A stretch of DNA of 64,000 bases from a virus (lineage: Duplodnaviria; Heunggongvirae; Uroviricota; Caudoviricetes): IMG/VR virus record IMGVR_UViG_3300008262_000026; one strand, written 5' to 3'. This document shows positions 19,401 to 28,092 of the stretch, piece by piece (the stretch's first letter is position 1; each line of letters opens with the position of its first letter). The position numbers were made by a program, and so were the translations under genes. Under the pieces are notes generated by a model, which ran no database searches, was not told the origin of the DNA, and saw only the letters and a list, made by a program, of their open reading frames with translations.

Positions 19401-19610
19401 ATGGAAAACTTTAGAATAGGCGATAAGGTAATCTATACTGGTTCTGACAGTGACCAAGTAAGATTTGGTTCTAATGATGACCCAACAAAAGTTCTAATTA
19501 CAGGAGACACCTATCAAATTGAAAAAGTAGAAGTCCATAGTTGGCACACTAAGTTACATCTTAGAGGAATAAAAGGTAAATTTAACTCTGTATCATTTGA
19601 AAAATTATGA
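19401..19610 (+). CDS. hypothetical protein
   Basis: Plus-strand ORF. Confidence 0.45.
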   Translation: MENFRIGDKVIYTGSDSDQVRFGSNDDPTKVLITGDTYQIEKVEVHSWHTKLHLRGIKGKFNSVSFEKL

Positions 19611-20051
19611 CTAAACGCACTTATACAACTAAATCTGGAACCACCTTTGAATGGGAAGAAACCAAAGAGGTCTTAAAGGCAATCAAAGAACTTCACAATG
19701 AAACTAAAAATGACACCAAATCAAAAACTGTGGAGTGATGTTTTTCGTTGTGCCGTAGAAAGGTCTAATCTTTACTTTAAAGAAAAAGACTTAGATAGGC
19801 AAAAACGGGAACATACTACAGTTGTTCTTTCTCTGCAAAAAGGTGAACAATTCTGGAGGCATATTCTATGAATTATCACGTTTATGACGAAACTACTCCC
19901 TGGTGTGCTTGGTTGCAATACTGCGAAATATGTTATCAACTGAATGTTCCAAGGCAACCAAGTGTTACCCGATTTATGATCTATAGAAATTATCTTAAGG
20001 AGGTAGGAGTTCTCTGATTTTTGAAATAAATACTCAAATTGAGAGGACAAA

Positions 20052-20222
20052 ATGTATAAAGAACTAAACGAATATGAAAAAGCACTTGCTAATTTTGCAG
20101 ACCGTGCGGGAATTATTGCTGGACTTGAAATCTCAGGTAAAATGTCTCAGGAAGAGGCACATCAGCAAATTAAAGAACTTTACAAAAACCTCAAGCACCT
20201 CAGAAAGCAAGAGAAAGTGTAG
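20052..20222 (+). CDS. hypothetical protein (56 aa), possibly the 5' part of a frameshifted gene continuing in the +1 frame to 20340
   Basis: MYKELNEYEKALANF... in frame 0 stops at TAG 20220. A zinc-ribbon segment (KCSKCK...CKICSK) begins exactly there in the +1 frame. Confidence 0.35.
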   Translation: MYKELNEYEKALANFADRAGIIAGLEISGKMSQEEAHQQIKELYKNLKHLRKQEKV

Positions 20223-20332
20223 TAAATGTAAAGTTGAGAAACCACTTGATAACGACCACTTTGAAGAGGTAAAATCCTTTAAAAGTGGTTTTTCTTACTA
20301 TTGTAAAATTTGTTCTAAACCCAAGAGACGTG

Positions 20333-20863
20333 ATGACTGATTTTGATTATAAAAAGTATTCTTTAGAGAACTTGGAAAATTGGATTTCCGATGCCATTCT
20401 GTCTGCAGAAGCATCTCCTGAGGAAATTTATGAAACCATTGTGAATGCAGTAAGGCAAGAGTATGATTATTTTAATTATCATACGACAAGAACTTATGAA
20501 CTTCTCTCTCTTCTGAATGGTAACAAGGTAACTGATGTTCTAGCATTAGATGGAGTGCAAATAGACCCTGCAGGAAATAATGTTGGTGTCTGCGATAGTG
20601 ATAATCTTTCTGATTATTGCAAGCAATCGTGGAATAGTTTTTGGCAAGAAGATGAATATAGTATTCGCGAAGAAGAATACTACAACAAACCAAATTCTAC
20701 ACCAAGTAAATGGATTCTTCCTGTAGAAATTGATGATGCAAGTGGAGAAAGTTTCATCACTCTTCCCAATGACCTACTAGATAAACTTGAATGGAAGGAA
20801 AGTGATGTTCTGGAGTATCTTGACAATCAAGATGGTTCCTTTACACTTAAGAAAGTACAATGA
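20333..20863 (+). CDS. hypothetical protein (177 aa)
   Basis: Start trimmed to MTDFDYKKY (ATGACTGA overlap). Confidence 0.5.
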   Translation: MTDFDYKKYSLENLENWISDAILSAEASPEEIYETIVNAVRQEYDYFNYHTTRTYELLSLLNGNKVTDVLALDGVQIDPAGNNVGVCDSDNLSDYCKQSWNSFWQEDEYSIREEEYYNKPNSTPSKWILPVEIDDASGESFITLPNDLLDKLEWKESDVLEYLDNQDGSFTLKKVQ

Positions 20864-21045
20864 CTTCTAAAATACAGACTGCTGGTGCATATAACGAGCA
20901 CGATGGATACTCTTTCATCATCAGTTTTGATAATAATCGTTGTATGACTCTGGAAGGCCTTACAAAAGAAGATATTTACGAAATCGCATCTTGTGCTCTT
21001 TGTATGCTTCCTGAGGAGGATTACCGAACTTTGTTAAATTCCTAA
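20860..21045 (+). CDS. hypothetical protein
   Basis: Plus-strand ORF. Confidence 0.45.
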   Translation: MTSKIQTAGAYNEHDGYSFIISFDNNRCMTLEGLTKEDIYEIASCALCMLPEEDYRTLLNS

Positions 21046-21081
21046 ACTCTGATAAAATACTATAACCTACACAAAAACAAA

Positions 21082-21309
21082 ATGGCACTCTCTGAAAAAC
21101 TGACCGAAGAACTTCTTGAAGTTAAAAGTCATCTTCGCAATGCTCTTAAGATTTCTGCAGTAAATGAGAAATCTTTTGTATCAAAGCAACTTGCAGATAT
21201 TCTGTTTGCTATTGATACTCTTGAAAAGACTGAAAATCTTATGGATAAACTTGAGAATCGCAAACCAGGCGATAGTGGTATCTTTGGAAGCTTTTTCACT
21301 GATATGTGA
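21082..21309 (+). CDS. hypothetical protein
   Basis: Plus-strand ORF. Confidence 0.45.
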   Translation: MALSEKLTEELLEVKSHLRNALKISAVNEKSFVSKQLADILFAIDTLEKTENLMDKLENRKPGDSGIFGSFFTDM

Positions 21310-21573
21310 TATTAAGCAACATTGCGACAACCTAAAGACATTCTTAAGAACAGGGGTTTTTCGCATAGATATGTTAGGATTTAAAGATATTTCACATTAA
21401 TATATGACATTTTCAAGAAAAAACAACAGCGAACTCACACAAGATGAGTGGAAAGAAATGGTTGATTTGAAAAATGCCATTGACTATAATATCACACAAG
21501 TTCATCCTGACAAGCAGGAACAGTTCACTGAGTATCTTGTAAGAAGTCTAAAAGAACGAGGTGGTTGAAAATT

Positions 21574-21608
21574 ACTGGGCCCCTCAAAGTGCATCAGTAA
21601 TGTAAGCA
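21574..21608 (+). promoter_or_regulatory. motif B copy 1 (ACTGGGCCC-N4-AAAGTGCATCAGTAATGTAAG)
   Basis: 35-bp conserved element. ATG followed directly by TAA in this copy. Confidence 0.6.
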
Positions 21609-21791
21609 ACGAACATACTGACTAACTCTTGTGCTTGAACTAATCGCTTCTGCTCTGATTGCATCTTCAAACCGCTCAGAAGATGCGAATAAATTCTGTG
21701 CCTATGTTGTAGGTATTCCATACGCATCAGATAACTTCAGTGATGAAGAGTGGAATCGATTTGTCTATTGCCGAGAAACCCTGAAAACTAA

Positions 21792-22109
21792 TTGATTATG
21801 AAATTCTCTGACCTACAATTCAAACCACACCCCAACTATCCAGACACTGGTATTCAAGCAATCCACTACTTTGATAATGGATATGGTGTAAGTGTAGTGC
21901 GTTTTACCACTGAATTTGGTGGTTCTTATGGTGCTGATGTGGGACTCTATGAGGTAGCAATCCTCAAACGATATGTCCAAAAAGGATATGGTGCAGACCT
22001 TGATTGGGAATGGGAAATCTGCTATGATACTCCAATCACTGATGATGTTCTCGGGTGGCAATCCGAAGAAGAAGTTGAAGTCCTACTCTATGAGGTTGAA
22101 AATCTTTAA
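21792..22109 (+). CDS. hypothetical protein
   Basis: Plus-strand ORF. Confidence 0.5.
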   Translation: MIMKFSDLQFKPHPNYPDTGIQAIHYFDNGYGVSVVRFTTEFGGSYGADVGLYEVAILKRYVQKGYGADLDWEWEICYDTPITDDVLGWQSEEEVEVLLYEVENL

Positions 22110-22111
22110 TT

Positions 22112-22639
22112 ATGGCACAATTTAATGTTGGTGATATTGTCACCAAAATCTATGGTAAAAAGCCTGGTGAGGTTACTTACGCTTCTGGTGGATACTATAC
22201 TTGTAGGTATCTTCACTCCAGACAAACTTTTTATGCTTACGAGCGAGATCTAAAACTTTACGAAGAGGAAACTGAAATGACCACTGATACTAAAACTCTC
22301 TACTCCTTTACGATTGATGGTGAGAACCGTTGTCGTTATGGCACTCACATTGGCACCAACAGTCAGAACCAATATCTGATTGAAGAAAAGGGCACTGGTG
22401 CTATTCATGTCTTTGATAAGAAAGACCTGGAAGAAGTGGTTCCTTATACTTTCAGTGCCTCTATCAACGGCAAGGAAACTCATTACATCGGCACTCCTGA
22501 TGTTCTGAAGAAAGGTGATGTGCTGCTTCACACTGGTTCTACCACTCCTCAGGTTGCTGTTGTGACTGGTGTGGATACTAAGAACAAAGGTGCCCGTGCC
22601 AAATTCAAGGGTGCCAAGATCGTCACTGAGGCAATCTGA
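22112..22639 (+). CDS. hypothetical protein (175 aa)
   Basis: Plus-strand ORF followed by cassette 22640..22688. Confidence 0.5.
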   Translation: MAQFNVGDIVTKIYGKKPGEVTYASGGYYTCRYLHSRQTFYAYERDLKLYEEETEMTTDTKTLYSFTIDGENRCRYGTHIGTNSQNQYLIEEKGTGAIHVFDKKDLEEVVPYTFSASINGKETHYIGTPDVLKKGDVLLHTGSTTPQVAVVTGVDTKNKGARAKFKGAKIVTEAI

Positions 22640-22688
22640 AAACTGGCACAAGGGCATCCCACTGGTGCCCTTTGATGCCTTATAATAA
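22640..22688 (+). terminator. cassette A6 (terminator + TATAAT 22681..22686)
   Basis: Same architecture, interrupted T-run. Confidence 0.5.
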
Positions 22689-22709
22689 TCAAGTAAACAA
22701 CGAAACCCA

Positions 22710-23027
22710 ATGAAACCTATTCTTGCTATTTTCGGTGGTGTGATTGGTGTAGGTGCCCTGACATGGGGACTCACCTATCATGAACTGATCTTCACTGGAT
22801 TCTTTGCTCCTAAGTTTGAGAATGTTCGTAGGAACACTTTTGAGCAATCCAAATCCTTCCGAACTGGTGCTGTTCAAGAACTTCAGAACATGCAGTTTGA
22901 ATACATCAAAGCATCACCTGAACATAAGAAAGCACTTGCTGATGTGATTCGGCATCGTGCCGTTGAAGTTCCTGCTGATGCCATGCCTTCCGATCTTCAG
23001 TCCTTTATTTCTAATCTTCCTCAGTGA
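22710..23027 (+). CDS. membrane-anchored hypothetical protein
   Basis: N-terminal TM helix ILAIFGGVIGVGALTWGL. Confidence 0.5.
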   Translation: MKPILAIFGGVIGVGALTWGLTYHELIFTGFFAPKFENVRRNTFEQSKSFRTGAVQELQNMQFEYIKASPEHKKALADVIRHRAVEVPADAMPSDLQSFISNLPQ

Positions 23028-23032
23028 TTCTG

Positions 23033-23572
23033 ATGACTACTAACTATCCTGAATTTATTGCTTTTCCTAAAATTCCCCGCCTTCATAAGGAATGCGTGGT
23101 TACTGAAAAGATTGATGGAACTAATGGCATTATCTACATCACTGATGATGGAGATATGTTTATTGGAAGTCGCAATCGTTGGTTGAGTGCAGAATCCGAT
23201 AACTTTGGTTTTCATCGTTGGGCATCTGAAAATAAAGATGAACTGATGAAACTTGGTTTTGGTCGTCATCATGGAGAGTGGTGGGGTAGTGGCATTCAAC
23301 GAGGATACAATCTCCCTAAAGGTGAGAAGAGGTTTTCTCTGTTCAATGTGAATATCTGGAATTATGAAAACATTCCTGCCTGTTGCCATGTGGTTCCAAC
23401 TCTTTATACTGGAGAGTTTAGCACTAATGCAATTGATGATGTAATGTATAATCTTGAAACTAATGGTTCTGTTGCTTCTGAAGGTTTTATGAATCCTGAA
23501 GGTGTGATGATTTACCATTCTGCTGCTAATCATTATTTCAAGGCACCTTTTGATAAAAATCATAAGGGTTGA
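23033..23572 (+). CDS. ATP-dependent RNA ligase (PF09414/Rnl-like nucleotidyltransferase)
   Basis: Motif I KIDGTN, motif IV EGFMNPEGVMIY, motif V KAPFDK. ATG start chosen over the track's GTG. Confidence 0.6.
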   Translation: MTTNYPEFIAFPKIPRLHKECVVTEKIDGTNGIIYITDDGDMFIGSRNRWLSAESDNFGFHRWASENKDELMKLGFGRHHGEWWGSGIQRGYNLPKGEKRFSLFNVNIWNYENIPACCHVVPTLYTGEFSTNAIDDVMYNLETNGSVASEGFMNPEGVMIYHSAANHYFKAPFDKNHKG

Positions 23573-23633
23573 GGACACTTTCTAAACTGGCACAAGACCC
23601 TTCCCATTCTCAGCAAATCTACCCTATACTAAC
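23571..23633 (+). promoter_or_regulatory. cassette A7, degenerate (ACTGGCACAAG core, TATACT 23625..23630, no clean hairpin)
   Basis: Shares CACTTTCTAAACTGGCACAAG with the 25881 and 12133 copies. Confidence 0.35.
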
Positions 23634-23651
23634 TTCAGTTCAAACAAACAA

Positions 23652-24137
23652 ATGAAAACTATCGTTTCTGTTGCCGCACTTGCTATTCTTGGTCTTACCC
23701 TGACTGGTTGTGAAATTGAAGCGGATTCTGATGATACTCAACGTTCTCAACAAGAACGTATTCTGAAAGAGGCAACTTCGCAAACTGGTATGCCTGCTAT
23801 CAAGAACTTCCGTGAGCGTAAGTTGCTGAAGCAGATTATTGAAATGCGTGATCAGGATGGTGTTGTGACCTACACTTACACTCTTCCCGAAACTACTGGT
23901 GTTCCCGTGTTTCTGTGTAATTCTATTGGATATGGTATTCCTGCTGCTACACAATATACCAATCCTGAGAAGTATGAATACACTGGCACGACTCTTCCTC
24001 AGGCAGATCCTAATGGTTTGTTCTCTCCTGATAGTGCTGATGGCACTTGGGTGATGTGTTCTGATCCCAGTGGTAGTGGCAAGACCCGTCCTGTTTATGT
24101 TGAACCCCGTATTATTGTTTCTCCTTTCAAACTGTGA
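23652..24137 (+). CDS. lipoprotein
   Basis: Signal peptide plus lipobox LTLTGC. Confidence 0.6.
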   Translation: MKTIVSVAALAILGLTLTGCEIEADSDDTQRSQQERILKEATSQTGMPAIKNFRERKLLKQIIEMRDQDGVVTYTYTLPETTGVPVFLCNSIGYGIPAATQYTNPEKYEYTGTTLPQADPNGLFSPDSADGTWVMCSDPSGSGKTRPVYVEPRIIVSPFKL

Positions 24138-24331
24138 TGAACTCCAAAGGATTTACTCTTGTTGAACTGATGATTGCCGTTGCTATTCTTGGCATTCTTG
24201 CTGCTATTGGTATCGGTGCAATCTCAGGCAATTCTTTTATTCAAACCAAAGATTCTTGCCTGAATGCTGGTGGCAAATGGTCTGAGGGCATTCAATACGG
24301 TCGTGTGACTCAACTCTGTACTTATAACTGA
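24137..24331 (+). CDS. type IV pilin-like (prepilin N-terminal methylation motif) protein
   Basis: MNSKGFTLVELMIAVAILGILAAIGIG has the class III signal with G|F and E5. ATG start chosen over the track's GTG. Confidence 0.6.
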   Translation: MNSKGFTLVELMIAVAILGILAAIGIGAISGNSFIQTKDSCLNAGGKWSEGIQYGRVTQLCTYN

Positions 24332-24333
24332 TT

Positions 24334-24633
24334 ATGTCTCCTAAAAATTCTATTGGTAAGGAAAAGGCAATTCAACTCTACAACACCAACTGGTGGGAAG
24401 GACTTTCTTATGAAGAGATTGCTGAATTTCAACTTTTCACTTCTGAACTCTGTTGCCCCTTTGATGTATTTCACGAAGCAGTTGAGAAGTCACTGGGTCG
24501 TCCTGTATTCACTCACGAATTTGGATTGAACTATCAGGGTATTTGTAATGAGTTTCTTGGAGAAAAAGAATCTCCTACAACGGATGAAATTCTGAATCTG
24601 ATTCCTCAAGAAAAACTTATTGTTATCAAATAA
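24334..24633 (+). CDS. hypothetical protein
   Basis: Plus-strand ORF. Confidence 0.45.
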   Translation: MSPKNSIGKEKAIQLYNTNWWEGLSYEEIAEFQLFTSELCCPFDVFHEAVEKSLGRPVFTHEFGLNYQGICNEFLGEKESPTTDEILNLIPQEKLIVIK

Positions 24634-24872
24634 TGGACGAAGATACTAAACAATTTCTGAAGTTTGCCGGCATTTGTGCTGGCATTACCACTGTTTCAAT
24701 GCTGATTCTTGTAGGTGCCGGTTATACATTTGAGGCGATTGAAGACTCCATTAAATTCAATCGTTATCAAGATGCGATGAAAGAGTACCGACAATGTGCC
24801 CAAAAGTACCAAGATTCCCTATCTGTGAGACTTTATTGTGGCGATGAACCTTCCTCTACTATGATGCTATGA
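24633..24872 (+). CDS. membrane protein
   Basis: TM helix ICAGITTVSMLILVGAG. Confidence 0.45.
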   Translation: MDEDTKQFLKFAGICAGITTVSMLILVGAGYTFEAIEDSIKFNRYQDAMKEYRQCAQKYQDSLSVRLYCGDEPSSTMML

Positions 24873-25060
24873 TTGGACGCATTCTTGGTACAGGAATCGG
24901 AATACTTCTGATTCTCCTTGTGCTTCTTGCAAGAGGTATTCCTGTCTTGTTCTTTATCAAGATGCTGCCTCTTGTTCTGATTCTTATTCTGGGAGCAGCA
25001 TTTGTCTATGCTGGTCTCACTTCTGACTGATTGTTCTTTACTCAACTAACTTAAATTATT

Positions 25061-25882
25061 ATGTCTCTCGCAAAAGTTGCTATCGGTGGTGGTGCAGTTG
25101 TTCTTGCCCTTGTGCTCACTGCTGGTCAATTCACCACTATCAACACTGGTGAAAATGGCCTCTACACTGATTTCCAAGGTAAGGTGAAGAATGAGATTCT
25201 CACTCCTGGAATCAAGTATGATGGTCTGGGTTCTATCAAGGTATTCAATACCCGTAAGATTACTGTTCAATCTAACGACCTGACTCCTAAGACCAAAGAC
25301 AACACCATTATGAAAGATATGGATGTTGTGGTTACTTACAGTCTGTCTCCTACCAGTCTGTATGAGTTCTACACTGGTTATGATATTACTAATCACTCTC
25401 TGAGTCAGAATGGTCAGATTGAACTGATGGCAAGTTTCATCAAGCGTCTGATTACTTCTGCTGTGAATCAATCGGTTGATGAATATCCTGCTCTGGAAGT
25501 GAACAGCAGTCTGGATAAAATTCAGGAAACTATCAAACAGAACCTGAATATTGCTCTGGAGAAGAACAATCTTGCTGGTAAGATTGATATTGAATCTGTG
25601 GTGGTTGTAAAGGCAGACCTGCCCGAACAACTGGTTGATTCTGTGAATCGTGTGGTTGCTGCTCAATCTGACTACAAGGAACAGGAAGTGAAGACTCGCA
25701 CTGCTCAACTGAAAGCAGAACAAAACAAGGCACTTGCTTCTACTGTGACCAACCAATCTCTGGAGTATCAACGTAACGAAATTCTCAAGGCAGCATTTGA
25801 GAATGGTAGCATTCAGAAGATGGTGATTATCAATGGTGCTAAGATGGACTTCCTCCCTGGTGGTTTCTCTGACGGTAAGTGA
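25061..25882 (+). CDS. SPFH/band-7 (prohibitin/HflC-like) protein
   Basis: N-terminal TM helix followed by an SPFH-type domain (TTINTGENGL..., long coiled-coil tail). Confidence 0.7.
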   Translation: MSLAKVAIGGGAVVLALVLTAGQFTTINTGENGLYTDFQGKVKNEILTPGIKYDGLGSIKVFNTRKITVQSNDLTPKTKDNTIMKDMDVVVTYSLSPTSLYEFYTGYDITNHSLSQNGQIELMASFIKRLITSAVNQSVDEYPALEVNSSLDKIQETIKQNLNIALEKNNLAGKIDIESVVVVKADLPEQLVDSVNRVVAAQSDYKEQEVKTRTAQLKAEQNKALASTVTNQSLEYQRNEILKAAFENGSIQKMVIINGAKMDFLPGGFSDGK

Positions 25883-25940
25883 CACTTTCTAAACTGTCAC
25901 AAGGGCATCCTACAGGTGCCCTTTTCTGCTTTATAATACT
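25881..25940 (+). terminator. cassette A8 (terminator + TATAAT 25932..25937)
   Basis: Same architecture. Confidence 0.6.
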
Positions 25941-25960
25941 CTCATAAGCAAAGGGTTCAA

Positions 25961-26692
25961 ATGTTCCAATTCGCAGAAGTCGGTGGTGCAGTTCGGGATA
26001 AGTTCCTGGGACTGGATTCCAAAGACGTTGATTTTGTTGCTGTTCCTGAAAATGCTGATACCTTTCTGAATGCAGATGCCGCATTTATGTTTCTCTGCAC
26101 TCACCTGAAAGAACAGGGGTTCAAAGTATTTCTGGAAACTCCTGAATTCTTTACTGTTCGGGCACAAGTTCCTGATGGTCATCCACTGAAAGAACGCACT
26201 AATGTTGCTGATTTTGTGCTTGCCCGTAAGGATGGTCCCAGCAGTGATGGTCGCCGCCCTGACTTTGTTCTGCCCGGAACCCTGATGGATGACCTGCAGA
26301 GACGGGATTTTACCGTCAATGCGATGGCAATTCTGAATGGGGAACTGGTGGATCCATTCGGGGGCAGGAACGATCTGGAGGAGGGTCTGCTGCGGTTTGT
26401 GGGTGATCCTACCCAACGCATCGCAGAGGACGGTCTGAGGGTCATGAGGGCACTGAGGTTCTTTGTAACTAAAGGGTTTAATATGGATGCCGATACTTGG
26501 GATGCAATCAACAGTGATTTTGCTGCTGAAATGCTGACCAAAGTATCTGTAGATCGTATCCGTGAGGAACTGGAAAAAATGTTCTTTACGAATACTCTGT
26601 GGAGTCTGAAAGTTCTGGATGATTTGAATACCGAAGTTCGCAAGGCAATCTTCCGTGATGGCCTGCGTCTGATGCCCACTCTGAAAAAGTAA
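25961..26692 (+). CDS. nucleotidyltransferase, poly(A) polymerase/CCA-adding enzyme head-domain family
   Basis: GGAVRD...DVDF (GGxVRD plus DxD) signature of class II tRNA nucleotidyltransferases. Only 243 aa. Confidence 0.6.
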   Translation: MFQFAEVGGAVRDKFLGLDSKDVDFVAVPENADTFLNADAAFMFLCTHLKEQGFKVFLETPEFFTVRAQVPDGHPLKERTNVADFVLARKDGPSSDGRRPDFVLPGTLMDDLQRRDFTVNAMAILNGELVDPFGGRNDLEEGLLRFVGDPTQRIAEDGLRVMRALRFFVTKGFNMDADTWDAINSDFAAEMLTKVSVDRIREELEKMFFTNTLWSLKVLDDLNTEVRKAIFRDGLRLMPTLKK

Positions 26693-26765
26693 ATTATGAT
26701 TAACCTTCTAAAAATCGCATTCATTGCTTATATTGCAGTTGCTATCTACGGTCAGGGTATTAAAG

Positions 26766-27314
26766 ATGGAAAAAGAGAATGTAACAGACCTCAGGAAGCA
26801 CCTGTTGCAACGACACCTAAACCTTGAACTACATCGTCCATTTTTAGATGAAGAACTCAACATCGCCACTTTTTATTGTTGGAACCTATCAGGACAACTG
26901 GTAGGATACCAGCAATACAACCCAAATGGTGATAAGAAAATCTTCAACTCTAAACTGGAGGGCAAATACTACACCTACAGAAACAAGAATCACCAAACAG
27001 TAGTTGTATGGGGCACTGAGAGTCTCTATCAGTCAGATGGTGTTGTCTATCTGACTGAAGGAATCTTTGATGCTGCCCGTATGACAAATGTGGGACAATC
27101 TGCTCTTGCTGCTATGGCAAATAATCCACCAAAGGATTATAGAAACTGGTTGCAAATGCTAAATCGTCCTGTGGTTGCTGTTTGTGATAATGATGATGCA
27201 GGAAAAAAACTTGCCAAGTTCGGGCATTATGTAGAAGTGGTGCCTGATGGTAAAGATTTGGGTGATGCTCCTGATGATTATGTTAGGTATCTACTCAACA
27301 AGTATGCCACCTGA
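26766..27314 (+). CDS. Toprim domain protein
   Basis: LTEGIFDA ... VCDNDDAG ... (Toprim E and DxD motifs). Start trimmed to MEKENV. Confidence 0.5.
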   Translation: MEKENVTDLRKHLLQRHLNLELHRPFLDEELNIATFYCWNLSGQLVGYQQYNPNGDKKIFNSKLEGKYYTYRNKNHQTVVVWGTESLYQSDGVVYLTEGIFDAARMTNVGQSALAAMANNPPKDYRNWLQMLNRPVVAVCDNDDAGKKLAKFGHYVEVVPDGKDLGDAPDDYVRYLLNKYAT

Positions 27315-27364
27315 ACAACTGGCACACTGAGGCACCCAGAACGTTCTGGGTGCCTTTATAGTAA
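27308..27364 (+). terminator. cassette A9: perfect 24-bp palindrome GGCACCCAGAACGTTCTGGGTGCC + TTTATAGT
   Basis: CACCTGAACAACTGGCACA lead-in, 12-bp perfect stem. Confidence 0.55.
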
Positions 27365-27385
27365 CAAGATAATCAACCACACATC

Positions 27386-27724
27386 ATGAAACTCTATCCT
27401 GTTAAGATTGTCTACATCACAATGGTTGCTGCAGTCAATGAAGATTTCGCATATCGTTATGTGAAAGAGGATCCAAATGTGATTGTTGTAGATTCAGATC
27501 CAGATCAAATTGTAGTTCGACCTGCAATTCAAAAGGAAAAGGATATTCCATCAGAATGGAATGGAGCACTTCCTTATGGTGACAATGAAAAGGAAATGAC
27601 TTGCAATCAGATTGTGAGAATGAGTAGCAAAAGCGTTTTCATTGATAGTCTGAGTGAAGCAGAGAAGAACAAGATTCTTCATAAATTCACTGCCGAAGAA
27701 CTTGCCGAATTTCTGTATAAGTGA
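27386..27724 (+). CDS. hypothetical protein
   Basis: Plus-strand ORF after cassette 27308..27364. Confidence 0.45.
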   Translation: MKLYPVKIVYITMVAAVNEDFAYRYVKEDPNVIVVDSDPDQIVVRPAIQKEKDIPSEWNGALPYGDNEKEMTCNQIVRMSSKSVFIDSLSEAEKNKILHKFTAEELAEFLYK

Positions 27725-27882
27725 AATGTCTGAACTCACATTCCTGATTGATGAAGCAGTGAAGAGTATGGAAAAACATGAAGGAATTCGCTCTGCACTG
27801 TATTTGAGAGCAGCACACGATTATATTCACAATATCCAGTCAATTACTCTTGAGGTTTGTCTAGAAAATTATGTGCCAGTGA

Positions 27883-27937
27883 CACCTGAATAACTGACAC
27901 AAGGCACTTGACAGACAAAATCAAATGCCTTATACTA
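27883..27937 (+). terminator. cassette A10 (variant hairpin + TATACT 27931..27936)
   Basis: CACCTGAATAACTGACACAAGGCA lead-in. Confidence 0.45.
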
Positions 27938-28000
27938 AATAAACAAACAAAGATAAGGCAGCAACTTACTGCACTAAACCGTTAATTTAGACACGCAAAA

Positions 28001-28040
28001 AACTTATCTTGTCTAAAAGTTGATACAGCATTAAAAACTG
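28001..28040 (+). promoter_or_regulatory. copy of the TTATCTTGT...GATACAGCA module in the 5' leader/promoter region of the TROVE gene
   Basis: ACTTATCTTGTCTAAAAGTTGATACAGCATTAAAAAC resembles GGTTATCTTGTAAAAGATACAGACAGCAATT from the tRNA-like inserts. GGTTAACC palindrome follows at about 28055..28075. Confidence 0.4.
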
Positions 28041-28092
28041 TTTCCATCTTTTAGGTTAACCGACATTAACCAATCAACTTGAGGAAATTACT

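Noticed and set aside
21164-21400. 78-aa ORF overlapping 21082..21309
   Set aside because: Out-of-frame overlap with a better ORF. Composition looks non-coding.
25046-25885. 279-aa minus-strand ORF
   Set aside because: Exactly antisense to the SPFH gene, which has clear domain signatures on the + strand. L/S/I-rich antisense artefact of AT-rich coding DNA.
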